A stretch of 64,000 bases of DNA, taken from an uncultured Verrucomicrobiota bacterium. Lineage in GTDB: Bacteria > Verrucomicrobiota > Kiritimatiellia > CAIKKV01 > CAITUY01. Shown piece by piece: positions 29,643-39,219 of the stretch (its first letter is position 1; every line of letters begins with the position of its first letter). A program made the translations under genes and the position numbers. Location of the stretch: the NCBI GenBank assembly GCA_964611575.1, contig CAZTAJ010000004.1, positions 8,287 through 72,286 on the forward strand. The letters run 5' to 3'. The notes beneath the pieces were generated by a model. The model ran no database searches. It was not told the origin of the DNA and saw nothing but the letters and a program-made list of their open reading frames with translations.

Positions 29643-29671
29643 CGGGGGGGGAGCCCATCGCTCCCCCCCCG
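29643..29671 (-). terminator. strong G8/C8 stem-loop downstream of the lipoprotein gene
   Basis: C-GGGGGGGG-AGC ccatc GCT-CCCCCCCC-G forms a 12-bp perfect stem with a 5-nt loop, 60 nt after the stop at 29731. No U-tract follows. Confidence 0.4.
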
Positions 29672-29730
29672 ACCGGATTGACTGGTCTCAGCCCCGGAAC
29701 ACGGCGCATAGGGCCGGTCCGGCGGCGTGT

Positions 29731-30183
29731 TCAAGGAATATAGGTCACGGTGAAGTGCGCCGCGGCGTTCACGCCGCCACTGTTCAGCAGGTACAAGGTG
29801 ACGGTTTCATCCTTACTGACGGGATCCGCCGTGGACGTCAGCGTGCTGGCCCCCTGAACCCATCCGAAGTTCGCCGGGCCGGATTTCTTGAAGTAGGCCG
29901 TAATCTGCGTTCCCTCACTCCAGGAAATCTGCGCCATGATCGACCCATCGCCGGGCGCCGTGTACGGCCCCATGCTGGCCACCGGCCCAGCGGCAATCAA
30001 CGCCACATCACCGGATCCCAACACCTGGGTCGTCGCCTCCACCACGGGTGCTGCGCTGTTCGTTTCCGTTGCGGCCACCGCGTCGCCGTCATCATCATCG
30101 CCGCCGCTATCGCAGCCCACACAGAACGCCGTCGCGAGAAGACAAACGAAGAGACTAAAGTACATGTACAATCGATTCTTCAT
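29731..30183 (-). CDS. small lipoprotein, function unknown
   Basis: 'LFVCLLATAFCVGCDSGGDDDDGD' gives a lipobox followed by an acidic linker. The remainder is beta-rich. Confidence 0.6.
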   Translation of the reverse strand: MKNRLYMYFSLFVCLLATAFCVGCDSGGDDDDGDAVAATETNSAAPVVEATTQVLGSGDVALIAAGPVASMGPYTAPGDGSIMAQISWSEGTQITAYFKKSGPANFGWVQGASTLTSTADPVSKDETVTLYLLNSGGVNAAAHFTVTYIP

Positions 30184-30339
30184 ACTTCACTCACTTTGAT
30201 GGTTGGCTTGCTCACCCGTGGGGTTTTCACGGAATGAGTTCATGTTGATCAAGCACGTTGCCGTTCATCGTCCGAGGGTCGCCGACCCTCGCTGCATCAT
30301 GGTGTCGCACCGCCTTTCTTCTCGTGTTCCATATCCTCA

Positions 30340-32133
30340 TCAGGGCTTTAGCTCATCGCGATACGGCACCCGGATGCCGTAGGCCTTGGCAACGGCCCTG
30401 ATCTCGGCAAGCACGGATTCCTGCTGCGTGCGGTGGTGTTCGCCGATCAGATCGTAGATCTTCTGCCACGCCCATTGCGTCCGGATCTCCCGGTCACCCG
30501 CGGCCGCCTTTTCAAGATCGATGGTGAACACCATGTCACAGGCGACCTCGCCGGCCTGGCCCGTGGCCTGGAAGACCAACTGCCGCATGTCGCGGGGATA
30601 GCGCGCGAACAACACCAGCGGCTTGTCGAGATACAGATTGCTGGTCAGCCTGGGGAGCGTCTCGGCGGACGCCTGCCCCGCAAACCGGAACCGCACGTCA
30701 TTCAGCACCGGGCGCGCCACTTCACGCATGCGGGTTTCCGCCACGGTCGGAATATCCCAGCGCCCGGTCCGGACGATCGCCGAATCGCCCCGGTTGCGCG
30801 CGCTCAGCAAGTCCAGCAGATACGCATTCGCCCCCGGATAGGTGCCCATCGTAAAAACCGACACCCCGCCCCGGTTTTCCTGGCTGAAAGCCTCGATGAT
30901 CTTCGAGCGATCAGTCAGTCCCACCGTCGCGACCCCGTCACTGATGACCTGCAGAATGACCGGCCGTCCCGGCTGACGCCCGACATCCAGCAGTTCCTTG
31001 AGCGACCCGAAAATATCCGTATTGCCTTCCGATTTCATCTGCCCGATGAACTCGCCCGCCCTCGCTAGGGAATCCGGATTGACCGGCGCCCAGTCCTTGA
31101 AGCACCGGGCGGCCTTGTCCCGGAACTCGACGACATTGAACCGGTCATCCGGGCCCAATTGCGCCAATGACTTGAGCAATCCTTCGCGGCAGAAGTACAG
31201 CTTCTGCTCGGTGATACTGGCCGATGCGTCCTGTACGAACAGCACATCCTTGGCCAGCACCGGCAGGACGTCATCGCCCTTCCGTTTGATCTCGATGCGG
31301 CAGTACAGGTACTGCGGGTCGGCAAGCGACTGATAGACGTACGCATCCGCGCGGAGCAGTTTGTCCAGCCGCTTGAGATTCGCCATGGCCTTTTCGCGTT
31401 CGTCCGGGTCCGACGGGATCCCGGGCGGCGTCGCGCGGGTCGGCGCAAGGCCGCCCGCCCGCCCCCCACCGCCCGCTGGACGCCCCCAGGCAAACCGGGA
31501 GGGATCCCCCAGCGCACCGAAAATGGACAGGTCGGCGGGCCCCTTCCCCAGGTCGGATCGATCCGCCGGTTGAACGACATCCGGGGCGCCCGACAAGCGC
31601 TCGATCTTGGGGGTGTACCGCCGGGGCAAAGCGCTATCCTCATCGCGAACGATCTTCTGCTCGATCTGAAGGATCTCGGCGCGCGGCTGCCAGCGGGGCG
31701 GTTCCGCCGGCGTCGGCTCGCGCAGACTGCGCTCCTCGCCCAGAAGCACGCCGCGCCCCGCGTCGCGCGGTTCGATCAGCGCTTCGTCAATCGGCCGCCG
31801 CAGCGCCGTGGATTCGCCTGCCCCTGCCCCCGTCCCACCGGCAGCCACGACCTCCGGGCGGAACCGGGGGGGGCGCGGCTGGGAGTCCGCACTCTCCGGC
31901 TGCACCCGCACGTCCTGCACCCTCAGAGGACGCCGGACCTCCACCAATCGCTCGCGCACAAAGCCGCCGATGTCAAACCCCGGAAAAATCCAGAGGAGCA
32001 GCAGATGCAGGAGGAGCGATACCAGGACGGCAATGCCGGCCGAGACGAAATGCTGGCGTCGGATGCGCCGCCACACGACGGCGGCGTCAACCGGCGCCGA
32101 TGCGGCACGGAAGTTCAGCCGTTCGTTATTCAT
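30340..32133 (-). CDS. membrane-anchored von Willebrand factor A (VWA_3-like) protein with TonB-like N-terminal anchor and Pro/Arg-rich linker
   Basis: A single TM 'FVSAGIAVLVSLLLHLLLLWIF' carries S39-x3-H43. About 230 aa of Pro/Arg/Gly-rich sequence follows. The VWA MIDAS 'VLFVQDASASI...GNTDI...VISDG' is present, and the tail 'ETLPRLTSNLYLDKPLVLFARYP' is typical of bacterial VWA_3 proteins. Confidence 0.7.
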   Translation of the reverse strand: MNNERLNFRAASAPVDAAVVWRRIRRQHFVSAGIAVLVSLLLHLLLLWIFPGFDIGGFVRERLVEVRRPLRVQDVRVQPESADSQPRPPRFRPEVVAAGGTGAGAGESTALRRPIDEALIEPRDAGRGVLLGEERSLREPTPAEPPRWQPRAEILQIEQKIVRDEDSALPRRYTPKIERLSGAPDVVQPADRSDLGKGPADLSIFGALGDPSRFAWGRPAGGGGRAGGLAPTRATPPGIPSDPDEREKAMANLKRLDKLLRADAYVYQSLADPQYLYCRIEIKRKGDDVLPVLAKDVLFVQDASASITEQKLYFCREGLLKSLAQLGPDDRFNVVEFRDKAARCFKDWAPVNPDSLARAGEFIGQMKSEGNTDIFGSLKELLDVGRQPGRPVILQVISDGVATVGLTDRSKIIEAFSQENRGGVSVFTMGTYPGANAYLLDLLSARNRGDSAIVRTGRWDIPTVAETRMREVARPVLNDVRFRFAGQASAETLPRLTSNLYLDKPLVLFARYPRDMRQLVFQATGQAGEVACDMVFTIDLEKAAAGDREIRTQWAWQKIYDLIGEHHRTQQESVLAEIRAVAKAYGIRVPYRDELKP

Positions 32134-32149
32134 GGGTGTCTCCGCCGTT

Positions 32150-34504
32150 TCATGGTTTCCGGTAACGCTTGGCCCATTCGCTCTCCGGATAGCGTGTCAC
32201 CAGGTCCTTGATCACCTTGCTACTGTCGTCCGCGCGGCCGAGTTGGGCGTAGGCTTGAGCCGCCTCGTGCAGGCATTCCGGGACCAGAACGGGATCATCG
32301 AACAGTATCCCGACGCTGAGGAAGTGTCGCGCGGCTCCCTCCCAGTCGCCCTGGGCCTTGAGCGTGCGGGCCAGCCCCGCATACGACTGGACACGAATCG
32401 CCATCAGCGTCTCCGCCGACGATAGACTCACCGCTTTCTCAAAACACTCGCGCGCTTTGGGATACTCCGCGGCCTGAAGCGCCAGATCGCCCAGTCTCAA
32501 CCAGGCTTCGGCAGCCGCCTGCGTCCTCGCATTCAGCGCCACCGCCTTCTCGAAGGCTGCCCGCGCCTCCGCCGCACGCCCCGCCCCTTGAAACGCCTTG
32601 CCCTGCAGACACCAGGCAATCTGCTGCCACGCCTCTCCCGGAGCCTGCCGGGTCAGCAACGACGCCGACTCGACCGCTTTGACGTAATCCTTGCGGCCCA
32701 GGTGATAGTCGGTGAGCCATTCCAGTAACTCGGGGCCAAAGGTGTTGGTGCCGGCGCTGGCCAGCAACCCCTGCAGGAGGGCGGCCGACTCGTCGGGCTG
32801 CTGGCGCCGCTGCAACACCAGCGCCAGCCGGAAACGCACCCGCGCCTCGAGTTCAGGCGCTGGAGCCGCCTTCAGAGCGCTTCGGAAACCGGCTTCCGCC
32901 TCTTCCAGGCGGCCGCCTTCCTGGCACAGCGCCGCGCTCCAGAAATACGCGTCGGCCAGGTACCGTGACGCCGGATAGCGCCGCACAAGGTCGCGCCAGG
33001 TGGCCAGGGCCTGTTCGTCATGCTTCAGTTGGGTCTCCACCACGGCTTTCTGGTACAGGGCGTCTTCAATGAACCGGCTGGCGGGATACGCCTCAATCAC
33101 CCGGCCCCAGTCGCGCACGGCGGCCTCGCCCTGGCCGGCCTTGCTTTCGCAAAGCCCCGCCGCGAACAGGGCCTGCGGCGCGAGATCGTTGGTCGGGAAG
33201 TCACCGGCCAGCCGCTTGAACCATTCCGCCGCCTGGGGCAGCTCGCCCTTCTTCTGGAGCAGATGCGCCAGCCGGTAGATCGCATCGGCGGCCAGGTCGG
33301 ACCGGGGAAACTTGTCAGCCAGCAACCGGTAGTACTGGACGGCCAGGGCGTCATCCTTCAGCGCCGCGCCGGATTCCGCCAGCAGCCAGTAGGTGTCCTT
33401 CTCGATGCGCGGGTTCGGCGGCAGCGTCCGGGCCTGCTGGATGGCGTCGGCATAGCGGCCCATCTTGAAAAACACGATCGCTTTCTCATACCCGGCCAGG
33501 TCCGCCATCTCGCCCGTCGAAGGTTTCTGAAGCAGGCGGGTATACGTCTGGATGGCGGCATCGTTCTGAACGAGTTGGCGCTCGCAGTTGGCTTTCAGAT
33601 AGAGCCACTCGGCCTCGCGATCGCCGGCGCCGGCCTTCAGCGCCGCGTCGCACACCGCCAGCGCCGCCGCGTACAATCCCGAATGGTGCGACGCCCACGC
33701 CATCTGGAGGCGGGAATCCGCCACCCGTTCATCGCCGGGATAGAGCGTCAACAGCCGCTCATAGGCGCGGGCGCTGGGCTCGAACTGGCGCTGGCGGAAA
33801 TAGAGTTCGCCGAGTTGGAACCAAGCTTCGGCGCCCACGCGCGGTCCCGAGGCATTGGTGGCCGCCAGGCTGTACAGAGCCGCTCCCCGCGGCGACTCGG
33901 GATCGCGCCGCGCGAAAATGTTGCCGAGCGCCAGCGCGGCAAGCGACCGGAAGGGCGAACGGGCGTGCAGGTCCACAATCGTCGCATAAGCCGCGGCCGC
34001 TTCGTTGGTGCGCCCGGCGCGTTCCTGGAGCGATCCGAGCGCATACTGGCAGGCCGCAGCCAGCTCACCGGTGGGGCCCGCCTGGTTCAGTCCCGTGGCC
34101 AGTTGAATGGCGTCCTCCGCGCGACCGGTATCCGCGAGCAACTCCACCCGGCGCAGGCCGGCGCGGAAGCGGTAATCGCCGCCCGACGGCGCCGCGCCCG
34201 AACGCAGGTAGAAACGCTCCGCCTCGTTTGTCCGCCCCAGCGCGCGGCTGCATTCCCCCAGCCGGTAGAGCACCATCGCCTCCTGCGGCGTATGGGTGAC
34301 CTGGGCCAGGGCGAGATCGTATTCCTTGAAGGCCACGTCCCACATGCCGCGGCCGTAGACGCCGTCGGCGAACAGCAATTGCTCGGCGGCATCCAGCGCC
34401 AGGGCCGCCGGCGCAGCCCCCCCCATCAGGCCCAACCCCAGGGCCGCGCACAGCCAGCCGCGACGCCAGGCTTGAACGCGGGATTGGGGTTGGCCGATGT
34501 TCAT
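32150..34504 (-). CDS. secreted tetratricopeptide-repeat protein (multiple YbgF/CpoB-like TPR units)
   Basis: It has a signal peptide, then many 34-aa Ala/Leu/Tyr-rich repeats ('A.Y.LG......G....A...F..L...YP'). ATGA overlap with exbD. Confidence 0.75.
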   Translation of the reverse strand: MNIGQPQSRVQAWRRGWLCAALGLGLMGGAAPAALALDAAEQLLFADGVYGRGMWDVAFKEYDLALAQVTHTPQEAMVLYRLGECSRALGRTNEAERFYLRSGAAPSGGDYRFRAGLRRVELLADTGRAEDAIQLATGLNQAGPTGELAAACQYALGSLQERAGRTNEAAAAYATIVDLHARSPFRSLAALALGNIFARRDPESPRGAALYSLAATNASGPRVGAEAWFQLGELYFRQRQFEPSARAYERLLTLYPGDERVADSRLQMAWASHHSGLYAAALAVCDAALKAGAGDREAEWLYLKANCERQLVQNDAAIQTYTRLLQKPSTGEMADLAGYEKAIVFFKMGRYADAIQQARTLPPNPRIEKDTYWLLAESGAALKDDALAVQYYRLLADKFPRSDLAADAIYRLAHLLQKKGELPQAAEWFKRLAGDFPTNDLAPQALFAAGLCESKAGQGEAAVRDWGRVIEAYPASRFIEDALYQKAVVETQLKHDEQALATWRDLVRRYPASRYLADAYFWSAALCQEGGRLEEAEAGFRSALKAAPAPELEARVRFRLALVLQRRQQPDESAALLQGLLASAGTNTFGPELLEWLTDYHLGRKDYVKAVESASLLTRQAPGEAWQQIAWCLQGKAFQGAGRAAEARAAFEKAVALNARTQAAAEAWLRLGDLALQAAEYPKARECFEKAVSLSSAETLMAIRVQSYAGLARTLKAQGDWEGAARHFLSVGILFDDPVLVPECLHEAAQAYAQLGRADDSSKVIKDLVTRYPESEWAKRYRKP

Positions 34505-34929
34505 GAGCCGGGGGTTTTTTCAGCAATGCCGGCGGCGAAGGAGATGTTCCAGATATCCGCCCGGCGGCACAGATCCAGCACCCGGATGACGTGCTCGTAG
34601 GCCGTTTGCCGATCCGCCCGGATCAGCACGGGCTGGCCCGGAAAGAGCTTCACCAGCCGGTTCATCAGTTCGCCGAGTTCCCCATCGTCCAGACGGCGTC
34701 CGTTGACGCTGGTCGTGCCGTCCTTGAGCACGTTCAGGATGATCTCTCCCGGCAGGCGCTGTCCGATCGCCGCGGTGGAGGCGGTCGGCAGCGTGACGTC
34801 AATCTCAGCCTCCCACTGTGTGAAGATCTGGCTTGTCACGAAGAAGCACAGCAGCAGGAAGACGACATCGATCATCGGCGCGAGTTGGAATCCGACCGGG
34901 TCGGGCTTGTATTTGCCGCGGAAGTTCAT
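34501..34929 (-). CDS. exbD: biopolymer transport protein ExbD/TolR
   Basis: 'QLAPMIDVVFLLLCFF' TM with the conserved Asp. 'VNGRRL' and 'PVLIRADRQTAYEHVIRVLDLC' are present. Confidence 0.85.
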   Translation of the reverse strand: MNFRGKYKPDPVGFQLAPMIDVVFLLLCFFVTSQIFTQWEAEIDVTLPTASTAAIGQRLPGEIILNVLKDGTTSVNGRRLDDGELGELMNRLVKLFPGQPVLIRADRQTAYEHVIRVLDLCRRADIWNISFAAGIAEKTPGS

Positions 34930-35696
34930 GCGCCTTTGTTCCTGAGCATGGCGTTCATCAACTGGGCGGAAGCGGCTTCCAGGTCCGCAACCAGCCGCGA
35001 GGAGCGGCCGCGGAAGTAGGCGTAGAAGATCATGGCCGGGATGCCGATGATCAGGCCGCCGGCGGTCGTGATCAGGGCCTCGGCAACCCCCGCGGCGAGC
35101 AGCATCGGTTTGGCCTTGGCCAGGTCGAACGCCACGACATTGAAGGCGCGCATCATGCCGAACACGGTGCCGAGCAGGCCGATCATCGGCGCAATCACCG
35201 CCACATCAAGCAGGTACTGGATCTGGCCCTGCAGCACGGCGGCCTGCCGCGCGCCCTCCCCTTCGATCACATCCTTGAGCAGCGCGGCATCGACCCGCCC
35301 CACCGAGCCCGCGTGGTCCAAAGCCGCGACGGCAATCTCGGAGAACGGGCAGGGCCGGTAACTGCAGGCGGTGCGCGCATCGTCCGTGAGCCCCTGCTCC
35401 ACCTTGCTCACCACATCGCGGCGCAGCAGGTCGGGCGCCACGAGATCGCGGCGCAGGACGACGAAGAAGTACACGACGAACGCCACGCCGATCACGGACA
35501 TGACCGCCAGCGGGTACATCAGCACGCCGCCCTTGTCGAACAGTTCGCCCAGCGAGACATGCTGGGCCAGACGGCCGGTCTCGGCCGCCGTGACGGCATT
35601 GGTCTCCCCCAGCGCCGCGCAGGCCGCCAGCGCCACGAGGCATCCGACCCACGCCACACTCATTGTCCGCCCGCAGATTCTTCTCATCGGTCGCAT
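34926..35696 (-). CDS. exbB: MotA/TolQ/ExbB proton-channel protein
   Basis: 'IAPMIGLLGTVFGMMRAF' and 'GVAEALITTAGGLIIGIPAMIFY' are present. The start was set to the ATG at 35696 because the track ORF (to 36173) would overlap argH. The N-terminus looks like a signal peptide. Confidence 0.85.
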   Translation of the reverse strand: MRPMRRICGRTMSVAWVGCLVALAACAALGETNAVTAAETGRLAQHVSLGELFDKGGVLMYPLAVMSVIGVAFVVYFFVVLRRDLVAPDLLRRDVVSKVEQGLTDDARTACSYRPCPFSEIAVAALDHAGSVGRVDAALLKDVIEGEGARQAAVLQGQIQYLLDVAVIAPMIGLLGTVFGMMRAFNVVAFDLAKAKPMLLAAGVAEALITTAGGLIIGIPAMIFYAYFRGRSSRLVADLEAASAQLMNAMLRNKGA

Positions 35697-35743
35697 CCTC
35701 TCTGCTTGCCGTCCTTGTCGACACCCCATCTTCCGAACTGCGC

Positions 35744-37135
35744 TCACGCCAGCGGGTAGACCACCCCCATGAGGGCGGATACGGCCCGACAGTGATCGCT
35801 CCATTCCCGACATTGCCAGTCCCGCCCGGCTGCCACCCGATCGCGCATGCCCGCGAAGTCCAGACCCGCCGTGGCGCCCAGGTGTGTCTTGTGCGCGATG
35901 GCGCGATGCGGGTCCATGTGCTCCAGTTCGCTCAAGTGATCCTTCACGTGCTGATAGGCATCCCGGAACGGCATCCCCATCGCGACCAACTCGAGGGCGC
36001 GGTCCGTGGCATAAACACCCGGTGTGAAACCGCGCGCCAGGGCTTCCGCATTCACCGTCAGGTTCCTCATCATCAGCGCCATGCCGCTCAGGCACGCCCG
36101 CGTGGTGGCCAGCCCCTCCATGAAGGGCCCCTTCGTTTCCTGCAAGTCGCGATTGTAGCCGCTCGGCAGGCAACGGGCAATGTCTTTGACCGCCGTTTCA
36201 CAGGCCAGCACGCGGGCCACGCGGGCCCTCACCAGCTCAACCACGTCCGGATTGTTCTTCTGCGGCATGATGCTGCTGCCCGTGCCGAACTCCGGCGGCA
36301 ACGCGAAGTAACCGAACTCCGGCATCGTGAAGATCATCAGGTCCTGCGCCAGCCGCGACAACGAGAGCATGACCTGCGACAGGGTCGACAGGATGAGCGA
36401 CTCGATCTTGCCGCGGGCATTGTTGGCGTAGAGCACGTTGTGGATCGGGCGGCTGAACCCGAGCAGCCGCGAGGTGAGTTCGCGGTCAAGCGGCAGCGGA
36501 ACCCCGTAACTGGCGGCCGACCCGAGCGGACACTGGTCGTTGATCTCGTACACGGCCATCAGCAGCGCCGCGTCATCCAACAGGCTCTCGGCATGCGCCG
36601 TGGCCCACAGGCCCACGGAACTCGGCATGGCCGGCTGCATGTGGGTGCGCCCCACCATGGGAACCGCCCGGTGCCGGTGCCCCAGCACGATCAGCGCGTC
36701 GGCCAGGTCGCAGATTTCACCCATGACATGGATCAGCTGTTCCTTGCCATAGAGGCGCAGGTCAACGGCCACCTGGTCATTCCGGCTGCGCCCGGTATGC
36801 ACCTTCTTGCCGAGCTCGCCCAGCCGCGCCGTGAGCGTGCGCTCCACGGCCAGATGCACATCCTGATCGTCGATGGTGATGGCAAAACGCCCCGCCTGGG
36901 CCTGCCGCATGATCGCGCCCAGTTCGCGAATAACGGCGCGACGTTCCCCCACCCTGATGACGGGCGGGCGGACGGGCATGCGGGACAACATGGTGACGTG
37001 GGCGGCCGTCCCGATGCAGTCCACCTGCACCAACCCCAGGTCCAGCTGCAAGTCGCTGCCGGCCGTGAAGTCCAGGACGGCCGAGTCGATCGCCCCGACG
37101 GTCGTTTTGCACATCCGTTTCCGTACCGTGGTCAT
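35744..37135 (-). CDS. argH: argininosuccinate lyase
   Basis: 'GRSRNDQVAVDLRLY' and 'GSSIMPQKNNPDVVELVR' (fumarate-lyase signature) are present. The ATG at 37135 lies 34 nt after the upstream stop. Confidence 0.9.
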   Translation of the reverse strand: MTTVRKRMCKTTVGAIDSAVLDFTAGSDLQLDLGLVQVDCIGTAAHVTMLSRMPVRPPVIRVGERRAVIRELGAIMRQAQAGRFAITIDDQDVHLAVERTLTARLGELGKKVHTGRSRNDQVAVDLRLYGKEQLIHVMGEICDLADALIVLGHRHRAVPMVGRTHMQPAMPSSVGLWATAHAESLLDDAALLMAVYEINDQCPLGSAASYGVPLPLDRELTSRLLGFSRPIHNVLYANNARGKIESLILSTLSQVMLSLSRLAQDLMIFTMPEFGYFALPPEFGTGSSIMPQKNNPDVVELVRARVARVLACETAVKDIARCLPSGYNRDLQETKGPFMEGLATTRACLSGMALMMRNLTVNAEALARGFTPGVYATDRALELVAMGMPFRDAYQHVKDHLSELEHMDPHRAIAHKTHLGATAGLDFAGMRDRVAAGRDWQCREWSDHCRAVSALMGVVYPLA

Positions 37136-37169
37136 CGCCTGTCGCGCCTTCCCAGCGGGCCGCACCCGC

Positions 37170-38519
37170 CTAATCGTTCCCCGTCCGGCCGAATCGTTTT
37201 TCGACGTCATCAACATACGCCTCCAACGGGCTCTTATCAAGCGCCGGGGACGGCCCCGTCAGCACGGCGGGCCCGCCGGTTGACGCCGCCTCCCGCTCGA
37301 AGGCATCCACATAGGTTTCCCGGGCCCGCGTCAACTCCGACAGGGCGACCCATTCCCGCTCGGCCTGCCGGAGGCGCCACCGTAGTCTCCAGGCCGCCGA
37401 ACCGCGCACCAGGCCCTCATAGAAGAAGGCGTACAATTGCCCCACCCGGACCAGTTCGGGAGCCTTCCCGATCGTGAGCGCCTGAACCTGCTGCATTCGC
37501 TCCTCGGCCACCAGACGAACGGCCGCACGCCTCCGCATCGCCACCAGGTCCAGCGGGGCCAGGCGCCGGTCACCGTCGTCCGGCGCCGCGTCGCCCAACT
37601 CCGATGCCGAGACCTCCACGCGCTCCCGCAATTGGCCGAGCATCACGGACGATACCGCGCCAAGGTCTTGGACCACCCGTTCCTGTCGCTTCAGCCAGGC
37701 GGACCACCTCGTTTCAAGCGCCGCGCCGGAGTTGACCCCGGCCAGGGATTGTGCAACCCACCCCGCCGTCACCGGTTCACCCGCCGCGAGCCGGTCAACG
37801 ATCCTTCGCCAGGACTCTCCCTGTTCCTTGAGGGAATCCAGCCACATGACCGTCATGCCGCACAGCGCCCGTGTCCGGTACCAGCGCTCCGGCAGGTTGT
37901 CCCACGACAGCACGGCGGACACCTCGGGCGGCTCCGAATCCGGCAACGTCCCGTGCACAAGCCGCCGGTTCCGGGCGCACAACGCGGGATCCAGATTCTG
38001 CGCCAGCCCCACCGCCAGCCACGACGGGACCCTCGGAGGCCCGCCGCCGGCCCCCCGAGGGCCACGCTCGCGATCCACCACCGCAACCAGGGCCAGGCGA
38101 CACAAGGCGGCGAGCAGATCCTCGTAGTCCAGTGCCGCGTATTCGTTGACGGTCAGGCCGGCACTCAACCGGCCCTCGCGGTACTGGCATTGCACGACGA
38201 TGCCGGCGGTCGAGGAGTCCGCCGGCGCCAGGTGGATGCGCAGCGGCGATTGGCGGGTGAAGGCCAACGGCATCCCGAGCCGACGTTCCACCCGTTCGGC
38301 CATCGCCTCCGCCCAGTGCGTGTATTCTCTCGTCTTGGCCGCATCCGGGCCCGTCACGACGAACCGGCCGCTGGAACTCGTCGTCACATCCGGGCGAGCG
38401 GCCACTGCCGCCGCCGGCCCATCCTGGGCGCCCCCCTTGATCGCTCCCGCCCCGCAGAGCATCAGGACCAGGCATCGAATGACGGCGGGGGCTAACATGG
38501 CATTGACGCTCGATCTCAC
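37170..38519 (-). CDS. secreted hypothetical protein (distant peptidase-MA/DUF1570-like layout without HExxH)
   Basis: Signal peptide 'VIRCLVLMLCGAGAIKG'. 'PSWLAVGLAQNL' resembles the 'P.W..EGLA.Y' block of MA-like domains. A GTGA overlap links it to the upstream gene; an alternative ATG lies at 38498. Confidence 0.5.
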   Translation of the reverse strand: MRSSVNAMLAPAVIRCLVLMLCGAGAIKGGAQDGPAAAVAARPDVTTSSSGRFVVTGPDAAKTREYTHWAEAMAERVERRLGMPLAFTRQSPLRIHLAPADSSTAGIVVQCQYREGRLSAGLTVNEYAALDYEDLLAALCRLALVAVVDRERGPRGAGGGPPRVPSWLAVGLAQNLDPALCARNRRLVHGTLPDSEPPEVSAVLSWDNLPERWYRTRALCGMTVMWLDSLKEQGESWRRIVDRLAAGEPVTAGWVAQSLAGVNSGAALETRWSAWLKRQERVVQDLGAVSSVMLGQLRERVEVSASELGDAAPDDGDRRLAPLDLVAMRRRAAVRLVAEERMQQVQALTIGKAPELVRVGQLYAFFYEGLVRGSAAWRLRWRLRQAEREWVALSELTRARETYVDAFEREAASTGGPAVLTGPSPALDKSPLEAYVDDVEKRFGRTGND

Positions 38520-39217
38520 GGTCCGAACACCAGTTGGGCTCCCGTCTCGTCGAAGGTTACGCTCTTCAGGGAACGCACCATGCCGGTCTGGGCGAGGATG
38601 TCATCGAACCAGTTCCTGAACCAGGGCGTCGTCACGGAGGCCAGCGGCGCCGGCACCGGCAGATGGCCCAGGCGACCTCCTTGGATCACCAGCGTGCCGC
38701 CATCAAACCGTCCGCTCAGTTCACACGACACCGGGATCACGAGATTGGTCAGAACCGTCACCTGCGGCACGGGCATCCAGCGGTGCCACGCCGCCAGCGT
38801 GAACGAACCGGTCTTGAAGTCGATGGACAGGCGTTGAAGCTTGCGCAGCCTGGCCCGCTCGCCCAGAAACCCGTTCATCTCCGCCTCCGTGAAGGTGAGC
38901 TTGATCTCGCGGCGGGCCCGTAGAGCATTCTGCCAGGCGCGCTGTTTCAGTGGAATCTGTTGCACGCCGGCCGGATCGATCTGGAGGGTGGGCGGATGCT
39001 GCACCCAGAAAGCGGCGGCGATCACCCCGCCGCCCGCCAGCAGCAGACCCGCAACGACGATCCGGCGAATGACGGGGCCCCACTCGAAGGTGCTTCGGCC
39101 GGCCAGTTCCCCGAGCGAGGTATGGGTCAGCTCCAGTCGCTTCCCGCATTGGGCGCAGAACACACGGCCCAGGTCGTTCTTGAACCGGCAAAGCTGGCAC
39201 TCAATCTTGATGGCCAT
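38516..39217 (-). CDS. zinc-ribbon membrane protein, function unknown
   Basis: N-terminal 'CQLCRF...CAQCGKRL' zinc ribbon, a TM 'IVVAGLLLAGGGVIAAAFW', and an extracytoplasmic domain of about 150 aa. Confidence 0.6.
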   Translation of the reverse strand: MAIKIECQLCRFKNDLGRVFCAQCGKRLELTHTSLGELAGRSTFEWGPVIRRIVVAGLLLAGGGVIAAAFWVQHPPTLQIDPAGVQQIPLKQRAWQNALRARREIKLTFTEAEMNGFLGERARLRKLQRLSIDFKTGSFTLAAWHRWMPVPQVTVLTNLVIPVSCELSGRFDGGTLVIQGGRLGHLPVPAPLASVTTPWFRNWFDDILAQTGMVRSLKSVTFDETGAQLVFGP

Positions 39218-39219
39218 GG

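Noticed and set aside
35697-36173. An upstream extension of the exbB ORF to 36173.
   Set aside because: It would overlap about 430 nt of argH in another frame. The ATG at 35696 yields a normal-length ExbB with a signal-like N-terminus.
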